Source of the DNA: a virus
Lineage: Duplodnaviria > Caudoviricetes
Virus record (IMG/VR): IMGVR_UViG_3300037461_000749
Location: 1-27,644 of that record
DNA length: 27,644 nt
Reading direction: 5' to 3' (one strand)
Positions 6,706 through 15,139 of the stretch are shown here, piece by piece. The position numbers and the translations under genes were made by a program. Within the stretch, counting starts at the first letter, position 1. Each line of letters begins with the position of its first letter. The notes below the pieces were generated by a model. It saw only the letters and a list, made by a program, of their open reading frames with translations. It was not told where the DNA came from and did not search any database.

Positions 6706-9554
6706 CAGCTCTTCCCGAGCGACTTGCGGTTGGCGACAGGCCGGGGGTCCACGTCATCCGGCACGTTCGGCTTCGTGTCCGCCGACACGCCACCCCTCCA
6801 CGGTTTCCCGTGCCCCGGCGCGGGCGCGGCCTCCACCGGCTCGGCGGTCTGGAAGAGCCACCCGCCGCCGCTCCGCACGAGCGTGACGTGGTCGCCGGTG
6901 TCGGGATGCACGAAGTCGGTACCCGGCACCGGATTGTCGAACGTCTTGGCCACCGCTGGGATAAATCCCGCCTTCTTCAGGTCATCCACAGCAGCCTGCA
7001 CCTTCGCATCGTCGGTCTGGAAATAGCCGCCGATTTCCGAGGCGAGCTTGCTGGCGGGATGGTTCGACCGTGGGCGGGAGTACTGCCCCGCGCTGCTCTT
7101 GTCGGACGAGGCGTACCGCGACCGAGGATTCGGCTCCCGCACGTCGCGCCCCGCCGCCTTGTCGGCGGCTCGTGCGTCAGCGGCTTGGTCCAGCGCGGTG
7201 TTCTTCTTGGTCATCGTGTTCCAGAACGCCTGATCATCCAGCGCGTTCTGCACATCCGTCGGCGTCCGACCGAGGGGCCGACTCTTGGCCTCCTTGACGA
7301 TTTGCTGCAACTCCTCGCGCGTGAACGACTTCGCCAGCGCGGGGTTGTCTCGCGCCTCCGCCACCTTCTTCGCCAGCGGCCCAAAGGGACGAATCACCAT
7401 CGAGAGGTAGTTGAGCGCCTCGGGATCCAGCACCTTACCCGTCAGCGCCTTGTTCTTCAGCAGCTCTTCGAGCCGACGCAGCTCGTGCACGGGACCGGGC
7501 GACCCCTCGGGTGGCGGTGATGCCACCACTGGCTCCATCCACTCGTAGAACCGGGCCTTCTCTCGCGGGGTGTCCTCATCGGCGCGTGTGCGCACGCGCT
7601 CCTCCCCCGGCTGCTGGCCCGACGCGGCCGCCCGGCGCACGGCCTCCGCCGTGGCCTCCGCACGCTCCGCCGTGGTGTGGCCTTCCCACCGCTTGCCCAT
7701 CCCCACCGTCAAGTCAAAAGGGCGACGCACCCCCTGCCAGCGCTCGGCCACGGACGACAGCAGCTTGGTCGCCTCGTCCGGCGACGGTTTCCTCGGCTCG
7801 TCTCCGCCTCGACGATTCCGGCGCGTGGTCACCGTTTCCAACAGGTCCATCGTGCGCCCGCTCAGCCACGTTTCCGCCGTGCTGTCGTCCTCCGGCTCAT
7901 CCTTGTACTTCGTGTAGGTTTCCAGCAACAGCTCCCGCATCGGCGTCTGCCGCTTCCGCGACGCCTTCCGCAGCGCCTCGCGCTCGTCGTCATCCATCTG
8001 CGCGATGACGGCCCCCAGCGCCTTCGGGGAGGGTGGCGGCGACGGACGCTTCTTCGGCCCCGTCTCCACCTGCTTCAGTTCCTTCCGCATCGCCTCCCAC
8101 TCGGCCTGCCGCTCGTCCGAGGGACCGAACTTCTTGTTCTCGGCGTCGAGCGCCGCCATGCGCTTCTTCAGCTCGTCGGCTGACTTCTGGCGCTTCGGCT
8201 TCTCGGGCGGCGCGGCCCCCTCACCCTTCGCGAATCCCGGCGGCACCGGCTTCTCGCCCGGCCTGCCCGGCGGCACCGGGGGCTTCCCGCCGTTCAGTCG
8301 CCCCAGCACGGCCTTCGCGTTCTTCAGGAGGGCGGTGGCACGGGCCACCGGCGGCGGCACCTTCCCGCCCTGCCAACCCGGCTTCGCCTTGGCCTGCACC
8401 TTGTCGCCCACCTCGGGCGGCGGTTCCTGCGGCTGCTCAATGCCCGGCTTGGCGCCCTTCTTGGGCGGCGGGGGAGGCTGCTTCGGTCGGCCCGCATCCT
8501 CGTCCGACTTCGCGAACCGGCCCTTGGCGCGCTTCGCCTTCGCTTCGTCCCAAATGCGCCGCTGGGCCAACGCCAAGTCCAGCCGATGGGGCGGCGCGGC
8601 GTCATGCAGATCCGCCCGCACATCCGTCGCCTTCGGCTGAAGCCCGAACTGTTTCGTCCATGCTTGGGCCACGTGCAGTACCTCCGCAATCGGCGCGTCC
8701 AACCGCACCACGTTCATCTTGAGGTCGCCCATCTTGTCGTCCCCAGCGTCGAGACCGACCACCGCCGCCCACCGATGATGCCCATCCAGCACGTAGTTGT
8801 CGCGTGAGATGAAGATGGGCTTCGCCGCTGGGTCGAACCCCGGCTTGGTCATCATGCCCACGACGTTCGGCCCCACCAGCTCCGACTGGCTCGCCCGGAG
8901 CGCCGCCGCAGGCACGCGCTCCGACGTGCTCCCGACGCCCAGCGACTGGAGGTGCGCCACGAACGCGTCGGCGGCATTCACGGACCCACTCGGTTCCTTG
9001 GGCAGCTGGTCGGCGGGGCTGCCCGGCACCGGCTTCCCCTTCAACTGCGGCATCTGCACGCGAGGCACCCCTCGCGGGTACTGCTCGGTGCGCAGCACGT
9101 CGCCGCAAAAGAGGTTGGTCCCCGGAATCGACACCTTGCAGAGGTCGTAGGTTGGCGCGGCCTCCCCACGGCGTTTGGCGTCCTGCACGAGCGCGGCCAG
9201 TCGGGTCAACACGGTGTTGACCTTCCGCACTTGGGTGACCTCGACCACCTCGCCCTTAAGGATGCGGTCTACCGCCTCGCCCACGTCCGTCACGCGCACC
9301 GGGACCGTCCGGCCCGACCCCCCGGCTTCCCCGACGTGCCCGGCCCAGCGCTGCCCCATCCCGACCGCGAGATCCACCCGCCGCTGCCAGCGCGTCGCCA
9401 GCGCCTTCAGGCCGCGCTTCCGCCGGGCCTGCGCGTAGGCCACGGCCACCCGCTGCTTGCTGTCGGCGAACTCCGCCCTCATCGCCTCGTCGGACATGAA
9501 CCGGGCGATGAAGTCCTTGAGGGATTCCCCTTTGTCGGGCGTCGGCATGGGCAT
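6705..9554 (-). CDS. Head-module polyprotein: short N-terminal helical module, motif, ParB/Srx-like domain, Pro/Lys-rich linker, motif, unknown domain
   Basis: Immediately after portal; LRASQSEL..PIFISRDNYVLDGHHRWAA ParB-N signature (~8640-8930); two motif copies; AGGA RBS. Confidence 0.8.
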   Translation of the reverse strand: MPMPTPDKGESLKDFIARFMSDEAMRAEFADSKQRVAVAYAQARRKRGLKALATRWQRRVDLAVGMGQRWAGHVGEAGGSGRTVPVRVTDVGEAVDRILKGEVVEVTQVRKVNTVLTRLAALVQDAKRRGEAAPTYDLCKVSIPGTNLFCGDVLRTEQYPRGVPRVQMPQLKGKPVPGSPADQLPKEPSGSVNAADAFVAHLQSLGVGSTSERVPAAALRASQSELVGPNVVGMMTKPGFDPAAKPIFISRDNYVLDGHHRWAAVVGLDAGDDKMGDLKMNVVRLDAPIAEVLHVAQAWTKQFGLQPKATDVRADLHDAAPPHRLDLALAQRRIWDEAKAKRAKGRFAKSDEDAGRPKQPPPPPKKGAKPGIEQPQEPPPEVGDKVQAKAKPGWQGGKVPPPVARATALLKNAKAVLGRLNGGKPPVPPGRPGEKPVPPGFAKGEGAAPPEKPKRQKSADELKKRMAALDAENKKFGPSDERQAEWEAMRKELKQVETGPKKRPSPPPSPKALGAVIAQMDDDEREALRKASRKRQTPMRELLLETYTKYKDEPEDDSTAETWLSGRTMDLLETVTTRRNRRGGDEPRKPSPDEATKLLSSVAERWQGVRRPFDLTVGMGKRWEGHTTAERAEATAEAVRRAAASGQQPGEERVRTRADEDTPREKARFYEWMEPVVASPPPEGSPGPVHELRRLEELLKNKALTGKVLDPEALNYLSMVIRPFGPLAKKVAEARDNPALAKSFTREELQQIVKEAKSRPLGRTPTDVQNALDDQAFWNTMTKKNTALDQAADARAADKAAGRDVREPNPRSRYASSDKSSAGQYSRPRSNHPASKLASEIGGYFQTDDAKVQAAVDDLKKAGFIPAVAKTFDNPVPGTDFVHPDTGDHVTLVRSGGGWLFQTAEPVEAAPAPGHGKPWRGGVSADTKPNVPDDVDPRPVANRKSLGKS

Positions 9555-9565
9555 CGCGATGGTTC

Positions 9566-11515
9566 CTACTCGGCCGCGTCGGCCTGCTGCGCCTTCAGCT
9601 CCGCCAGCGCCGTGTCGATCTCGGCGACCAGCGCCTTGGCCTCGGGGTCGTCGCTGCGGTCCAGCTCGACCCGTTGCGCTTCCAGCTGGTCGATCAGCCC
9701 TTGGAGTTCCTCGGCCGCGTCGGTCGGCTGGTTGGCCGGTTTCGCGACGTGGCCGGTTGCCTCGCTGCCCTGCGGCACGCCATCCTCGCCCGACGCCTGC
9801 ACGGACGACCGCCCCTGCGGCGGGGCGGCCTTCACGCCCGACGGCGCGACGCGGCCTTGCGTGCCGCCCGGTGGCGGCTCGGCGTCCACCTGCTCGACCT
9901 CCACCTCGCCCGACTCCGGCGCCTCGGGATCCGGTGGCTCGGCGGCCTCGGCGGGCGCGGCGGCCTGTAGCTCCGCCAGCGCCTTGTCGATTTCCGGCAC
10001 CAGCGCCTGCGCCTCCGGATCGCCCGACGCGGCCAGTTCCGCCTTCTGGGCTTCCAGCTGCCCAATCAGCGCCTGCGCCTCGGGGTCCATGGCGCCCCCA
10101 CCGGGCGCGCCGGGCGCTCCCGGCGGCGGTCCGCCCGGCATCCCCGGCATCCCCGGCATCCCCGGCATCCCCGGCGGCGGCTGGTTCGCCCGCTTCATGG
10201 TTTCGGGCAACGGCGGCAAGCCCATCAGCTTGCGCAGCATGGCCTCGATGTCGTCATCCGGCTGGATGAACGTCCCGGCCGCCAGCGTCGTCAAGAGCTG
10301 CGATAGCTCCGACACGTCTACGGACATGAGATCCGTCGCGACGATGCTGGGGTACTGCCGGTTGTTCATGTTGAAGTTCATGTCGCAGAGCGGCTTCACC
10401 AGCTGGGCCTTGATGTCCCCGCCGATGCCGCTGGCCACGCCCTTCAACGCATTGAGGAACATATCCGCCAGCGCTCGGCCCAAGCCGTAGCTGCCGTGGG
10501 GCTGGCCGCCCATGGTCATGAACTGGGCAAGGATGTTCTGCGCGATCATCCCGTTGTGATGCTCGACCGACTGCATCAGCTCCGACGCCCCGCCGCGCCC
10601 GACCGTGAGAATGTCGAAGGTGACCCCCGGCGGCTCGATGAGCCACGCCCGCTCGTTCGACCGCAGCTGCTTCAAGAGCTTCTCGATGCTCGTCACCTCG
10701 TCCCGCCGAACCGTCTCGGTGACCTTCGCACGCGGGATGCCGACGCCAAAGCGGTCCAGCCGCACGGCGTCGATCTTGTAGCACATCTCCTTGTAGAACC
10801 AGTGCTTGTACGCCGTGCGCAGCAGCGACGTGCCTTCCCAGTTGTCGCCTTCCTGCTCCAACGTGAAGATGGCGGCATACGAACGCGGGATCGTGAAGTA
10901 CTCGTAGCGCCCAGCCTTGCTCGCAAATTGTTGAATCGCGAGCAGCTTGTTGCTCTTGGGGTCGGTCTGCCACTCCGTCACCGTGCGCGGCAAGCGCGGG
11001 GCGAGCTTCTCGAAGCAGTAGACCTTCTCCTTCTCGTCGAACTTCCAGATGATTTCGAGGAGCGAGAAGCCGAACTCCAGCTGCAAGAGGATGTGTCGCA
11101 GCGAGTAGTCCCACGGCTGGGCCATCGCGTCGTCGTCAAAGAGCTTGGCGTTGACGAAATCGGCAATCGCCTCATCCTGCGGGTCGTGTTTCTCGGGCGG
11201 GTTGGCCCGCCACTGGGCCGAGCGCAGCGGGAGCTTGATGACCTGAAGCGTCGCCCGGACTTGGGCATCCGACTTCCGCATCTTGTCGTATTCGACCAGC
11301 GCCTGCCGTCCGGCCAGCTTGTCGTTGTATTCCTCGCCGGAGATCACGCCGCCGAACACTTCCGTGCCGGTGGCACCCCGCTCTTTGCCCACCTCGGGCC
11401 GCGAGCCGCCGGGCTTGTCCGCCGAGAGCGTCATGGCCTCGCCGGGGGTGACGGTATCGCCGCGCCGCCACAGGCCGGGGATGCCCCACGACTCCCACCA
11501 CCGTTTCTGGGCCAT
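9566..11515 (-). CDS. Phage portal protein (Mu gp29/DUF935-like) with extended C-terminus
   Basis: Follows TerL; DAQVRATLQVIKLPLRSAQW, FGFSLLEIIW, GTSLLRTAYKHWFYK, RFGVGIP, LVKPLCDMNF motifs. Confidence 0.85.
   Translation of the reverse strand: MAQKRWWESWGIPGLWRRGDTVTPGEAMTLSADKPGGSRPEVGKERGATGTEVFGGVISGEEYNDKLAGRQALVEYDKMRKSDAQVRATLQVIKLPLRSAQWRANPPEKHDPQDEAIADFVNAKLFDDDAMAQPWDYSLRHILLQLEFGFSLLEIIWKFDEKEKVYCFEKLAPRLPRTVTEWQTDPKSNKLLAIQQFASKAGRYEYFTIPRSYAAIFTLEQEGDNWEGTSLLRTAYKHWFYKEMCYKIDAVRLDRFGVGIPRAKVTETVRRDEVTSIEKLLKQLRSNERAWLIEPPGVTFDILTVGRGGASELMQSVEHHNGMIAQNILAQFMTMGGQPHGSYGLGRALADMFLNALKGVASGIGGDIKAQLVKPLCDMNFNMNNRQYPSIVATDLMSVDVSELSQLLTTLAAGTFIQPDDDIEAMLRKLMGLPPLPETMKRANQPPPGMPGMPGMPGMPGGPPPGAPGAPGGGAMDPEAQALIGQLEAQKAELAASGDPEAQALVPEIDKALAELQAAAPAEAAEPPDPEAPESGEVEVEQVDAEPPPGGTQGRVAPSGVKAAPPQGRSSVQASGEDGVPQGSEATGHVAKPANQPTDAAEELQGLIDQLEAQRVELDRSDDPEAKALVAEIDTALAELKAQQADAAE
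10134..10175. repeat. 9-bp tandem repeat (CCCGGCATC, about 4.5 copies) encoding (PGM)n in the portal tail
   Basis: Directly visible in the sequence. Confidence 0.9.
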
Positions 11516-11518
11516 GCG

Positions 11519-11842
11519 CTACCGTCCTCTCGGAAATCGCTCGACGACCGTCCCATAGCGCCGGATCGCGCCACAGGTGAGGCATTGCCACAGTTCCTCG
11601 AACTCGGCAATCGACCCGCCGCCACGCCAGCGGCCCGAGCCGATCAGCCGCGTCCCCACGTAGAGATGCGGCCGATGCTCGATGTGGCCTCCGGCGCAGT
11701 ACACGCACAGCAGGCGTTCACACCGGGGGGCGGCACTCGCTGTCCGGATCTCTGTCCGGACCTCTGCGCTTCCGCTCATCGCGCACTCCTTCCCCGACGA
11801 CGGCGCGTCCCGATTGTCGCCTGTCTGCCGTCGTCGTGCCAC
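11519..11842 (-). CDS. Small Cys-rich (Zn-binding) hypothetical protein
   Basis: C-x4-C-x2-C..H and CLTC; fits between TerL and portal; alternative ATG at 11779 with GGAAGGAG RBS. Confidence 0.6.
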   Translation of the reverse strand: MARRRQTGDNRDAPSSGKECAMSGSAEVRTEIRTASAAPRCERLLCVYCAGGHIEHRPHLYVGTRLIGSGRWRGGGSIAEFEELWQCLTCGAIRRYGTVVERFPRGR

Positions 11843-11852
11843 TAGGGAACTC

Positions 11853-13778
11853 CTACAGGTTGTTCAAATAGCCAATCGACAGTCCCCGTTCTCGGTGCAT
11901 ACTCGGCTCGTCGGTGTTCGCGAACACGTTCGTCGGCTCCTCCACCTCGGTGATCGTCAAGATGTCGCGCATCGACATGCCGGGCCGCTCACGGGTCTTG
12001 AGCCGATGCAGGAACCGCACTCGATAGACGTAGCGCAGCGCGTCCGCCGTGTGGCTGTACTGGTCATGCACCGGCTGGGCCGAGCCGACCAGTAACTCGC
12101 CCTCGGCGGTCGTGGGCCACCGATACTGCTCCAAGGTGTCAATCAGGTGGGCGCACCATGAGGACAGCAACACGCGCTGCCCCCGGATCAGCACGTGGAT
12201 AAAATCGATCCACTCCAGCGGCGACCCCGCGCCGGGCGTCCCGGTCTCCACGGACTGGATCCGAATCGGCGGGTCTGCCCCAGCCAAGTTGGACACCCAG
12301 CTTGTCAGGTCGCTGGCCCGGTTTTTCCCCGACGGGTCGCCGTAATGCTCCATCGGGTAGTGCTTCTCGCCGCCCAGCTCCACCCACACGCGCCACCAGA
12401 GCTTGGTCACGTGTCGGTGGTAGTAGTCCCACGACTCCCCGTGGTGCTCGTGCTCGTCAATCCACCGCACCACCATCTGCTTCTCGTCGAGGATCTGCCC
12501 CAGCAGCAGCGACGACGGGTCGGACACGCCGAAGTCCCAGCCCACCACCAGCGGCTTGAGCGGGTCCAGCGCCGCCCGCAGATAGCGCACGTGGTAGTCC
12601 TCCAGCGTTTCCTTGGCCCGACGCTCGCCCAGCGGCGTCCCATCCGGCTGCCGGAGCAGTTGGTGGTCAAAGACGTGCAGCGTGGAGTCGAAGCCCTCGT
12701 AGACGCGGCCCCGGCGGCTGCGCTCGTAGCTGATGTCCAGTTCCGAGGCGGTTTGCTCGGGGGTGTAGTCCCGGCACGCCTCGTCGTACCACGCCGACCG
12801 GCACTCGCGCGGGCGCGGCGGGGAGAGCTTCAGGTTGCCGCAGTCGTGCGCATGGAACGCCTGAATGGGGATCTGGAGATGGACTGGCGCCGACAGGTCG
12901 AGCACAAACTTCCAGCCACAGGTACAGTAGAGTCCCTCGGCCTTCACCGGATGTCGGGGCCACCAGAAGCTCAACTTCTTGAACGTCGAGCGCGGGTTGA
13001 ACCGCACCCGCGCAAAGACGTTCGCCTTCCCGTTCGGCGTCGAGTTGAGGCACGTCCCGTTCTTCGCCGACTGCCGGACCGCCTTGAAGATGGACTCCGA
13101 CCCCTCGATGTAGGCCGCCTCGTCCAGTAGCGCCCGGCGGTAGGTCGGTCCACGGCCCGCGCTCCGGGTGCCGGTTTCTCCGCGAATCCAGCTCTTGTTA
13201 TCGGGGATGGAAATCTGGAACTGCTTGACGACGGCGTTGAGGGGTTGCAGGTAGACCGGCAGCATCGTCAGCATCAGCCGCACTTTGCCCATGAGGCTGT
13301 CCGGCGTACTGGAACTCCCGCCATCGTCCACATCGACCGCCCGGCGCGACACCACCAAGTCCGGCCACCGGTCGTGGAACAGCACGTCCCAAAGGAACAG
13401 GGCCATCCACGCCCAGCTCATCGTCATCTGGCGCGACTTCTCGACGTGGAGATTCTGCTGGGGTTGCGCTTCGCGGAAGAACCGACGCAGGAACGGGTAG
13501 ACGGGGAACTTCCGAAAGGTGGGAGCACCGCTCGGATCGTCTACATGGATTGTCCAGCAGTGGTGAAAGATGAAGTGCCCGGCGGATCGGCGGCAGCGGT
13601 CGTATTCGTACTCCGCATCGTCCAGCGACACAATCGGCGGGGTAGCCAGCTCCCACACGCTCGGCGCATAGTCGGGCGGCACCCAGACGTTCGCGGCGGT
13701 TTCCACCCACCCATTGGGGGGCTGCCACTCCGCGAGCGCCCGACGACTCCCGAGTTGCTTCCACGGCCCCTGTGACAT
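11853..13778 (-). CDS. terL: Terminase large subunit
   Basis: Walker A variant KSRQMTMSW, Walker B LLDEAA, coupling motif STPNG; nuclease motifs GWDFG, GDPSG, HTADALRY. Confidence 0.93.
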   Translation of the reverse strand: MSQGPWKQLGSRRALAEWQPPNGWVETAANVWVPPDYAPSVWELATPPIVSLDDAEYEYDRCRRSAGHFIFHHCWTIHVDDPSGAPTFRKFPVYPFLRRFFREAQPQQNLHVEKSRQMTMSWAWMALFLWDVLFHDRWPDLVVSRRAVDVDDGGSSSTPDSLMGKVRLMLTMLPVYLQPLNAVVKQFQISIPDNKSWIRGETGTRSAGRGPTYRRALLDEAAYIEGSESIFKAVRQSAKNGTCLNSTPNGKANVFARVRFNPRSTFKKLSFWWPRHPVKAEGLYCTCGWKFVLDLSAPVHLQIPIQAFHAHDCGNLKLSPPRPRECRSAWYDEACRDYTPEQTASELDISYERSRRGRVYEGFDSTLHVFDHQLLRQPDGTPLGERRAKETLEDYHVRYLRAALDPLKPLVVGWDFGVSDPSSLLLGQILDEKQMVVRWIDEHEHHGESWDYYHRHVTKLWWRVWVELGGEKHYPMEHYGDPSGKNRASDLTSWVSNLAGADPPIRIQSVETGTPGAGSPLEWIDFIHVLIRGQRVLLSSWCAHLIDTLEQYRWPTTAEGELLVGSAQPVHDQYSHTADALRYVYRVRFLHRLKTRERPGMSMRDILTITEVEEPTNVFANTDEPSMHRERGLSIGYLNNL

Positions 13779-13781
13779 CCC

Positions 13782-14144
13782 CTACCCTCGACGGACGACC
13801 GCCTTGAGCGCCGCAAGAAGCGCCGTCCACGCGTGCGCCACGGCTTGGAGGCGCGACGCTGGGTCCGGCCCCCGCAGGGCCGACACGTAGGCCGCGTCCA
13901 TCCGCATGAGCGTCACCGCCCGAGTGTCGAGGGAACCTCGGAAGGCTGGCCCAAAGACCGTCACGACCGCAATGAACGGCGCCCGAATCGCCATGATGAC
14001 CAGCGGAATGCCGAGAAGTACCCGCGAGCCATCCAGCCAATCGACAATCGCGATGCACTCGCCGACGCGGAGCTGTCCCAACTCGTCGGCATTCAGCGCC
14101 CGGACGAGATCGTTCAACTCCCGCGAGAGATCGTCCTCACCCAT
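13782..14144 (-). CDS. Hypothetical protein
   Basis: Start MGEDDL overlaps the end of the upstream gene; stop lies 3 nt before the TerL start. Confidence 0.6.
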   Translation of the reverse strand: MGEDDLSRELNDLVRALNADELGQLRVGECIAIVDWLDGSRVLLGIPLVIMAIRAPFIAVVTVFGPAFRGSLDTRAVTLMRMDAAYVSALRGPDPASRLQAVAHAWTALLAALKAVVRRG

Positions 14145-14445
14145 CAATCCGCGCCAGCAGCGCCGGGGGCCAGCCGGTCCACGACGCTGCGGTGTACGTA
14201 AAGGCACAAGGGGCGCTCGTCGTCGAGCCGCCCCCCGGTGTCGCGATGCAGTGGGTGCCGTCGTGCGCCCCCGGTGGGCAGCCGGTCAGGGCGGGCTGCG
14301 ACCGGTCGCCGCCGCAGCCCGGACAGCCACCCGGCCTCGGGTACACCTGTTGCGACCCCTTCGTGGCGGCGTGATTGCACGCCGCACACTCCGTCACGAA
14401 GGGCGCGTAGACCCGCTGACACGACGGACACACCCACCCTTCCAT
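14137..14445 (-). CDS. Small Zn-ribbon protein
   Basis: GGAGG RBS; MEGWVCPSCQRVYAPFVTECAAC and CPGC. Confidence 0.65.
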   Translation of the reverse strand: MEGWVCPSCQRVYAPFVTECAACNHAATKGSQQVYPRPGGCPGCGGDRSQPALTGCPPGAHDGTHCIATPGGGSTTSAPCAFTYTAASWTGWPPALLARIDG

Positions 14446-14456
14446 GCTGGCCTCCG

Positions 14457-14945
14457 TTAGAACGGCAAGTCCTCGTCGTCGGCCACCGGCCCGGTCACGT
14501 CGTCCAGTGGGAACTCTCCGCCGCGCCCGCACCCGTAGTCCGAGGTGCCGGGGCCGATCCCGCTGGCGCTGGCGCTCGGGCTGCCGCCGCCACCCGCCTC
14601 CGCCGGACGCGCATCACTGGGCGATCCCAGCAGCTGCACGCGTGACGCCCGCACTTCGAAGCTCGCACCGGGATTGCCGTCGCGGCCTGCGTAGGCCCGC
14701 ACCCCCGCCGTGCCTTCCACCAGCACCTGCTTCCCCTTGGTGAGGTACGGGCGCACGGCCTCGCCCGCCTTGCCCCACACCGACACCCGCGCCCAGAGCG
14801 TCTTTTCCTGCTTCTGCCCGTTCCGGTCGCGCCACGACTCGGTGACCGCCATCGAGAAGGACACCACCGTTTGGTCAGAGCTGGTCGTTTTCAGCTCCGC
14901 GTCACGCCCCAGATTCCCCACCCCGATCCACGTCTGCCATCCCAT
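14457..14945 (-). CDS. ssb: Single-stranded DNA-binding protein
   Basis: GNLGRDAELK, FSMAVTESWRD, YLTKGKQVLVEG, acidic C-terminal DEDLPF. Confidence 0.96.
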   Translation of the reverse strand: MGWQTWIGVGNLGRDAELKTTSSDQTVVSFSMAVTESWRDRNGQKQEKTLWARVSVWGKAGEAVRPYLTKGKQVLVEGTAGVRAYAGRDGNPGASFEVRASRVQLLGSPSDARPAEAGGGGSPSASASGIGPGTSDYGCGRGGEFPLDDVTGPVADDEDLPF

Positions 14946-14992
14946 CGCTCTACCCTCCGGTTGCGGCCCCAGCCCACCGCTGCGGCCCTTGT

Positions 14993-15130
14993 TTACTTCA
15001 CGCGCTCCAGTATTTGTCGCAAGAGCGCCAGCACCGGCTCAACGAGCCACCATCGCACCACCCCGAGAAACACGACCGCCACCACCAGCCAGAACAGCAC
15101 GTACCATGCGACCGGCGAGACCACGGGCAT
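14993..15130 (-). CDS. Small single-pass membrane protein (45 aa)
   Basis: Hand translation: MPVVSPVAWYVLFWLVVAVVFLGVVRWWLVEPVLALLRQILERVK. Confidence 0.6.
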   Translation of the reverse strand: MPVVSPVAWYVLFWLVVAVVFLGVVRWWLVEPVLALLRQILERVK

Positions 15131-15139
15131 GCGCGACAC

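Larger units (their letters stand above)
566..9374 (-). repeat. Nine dispersed in-frame copies of a 39-bp/13-aa motif [DHS]L[AST]VGMGxRW[AE]GH
   Basis: Copies at 566-604, 1958-1996, 2753-2791, 3767-3805, 4466-4504, 4982-5020, 6084-6122, 7677-7715 and 9336-9374; degenerate copy HDLAMGAGQRG at 2042-2074. Third codon positions vary while the amino acids are conserved. Confidence 0.95.

Noticed and set aside
566-9374. ATG inside each motif as an internal translation start
   Set aside because: No consistently spaced Shine-Dalgarno, and residues upstream of the Met are conserved as amino acids with synonymous variation. Not fully excluded.
566-9374. Motif as an intein/Hint-type self-splicing element
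   Set aside because: Only 13 aa, with no N-terminal Cys/Ser or His-Asn signature.
14457-14945. SSB in the late operon as a sign of a novel function
   Set aside because: Canonical SSB; its position is easily explained by phage mosaicism.
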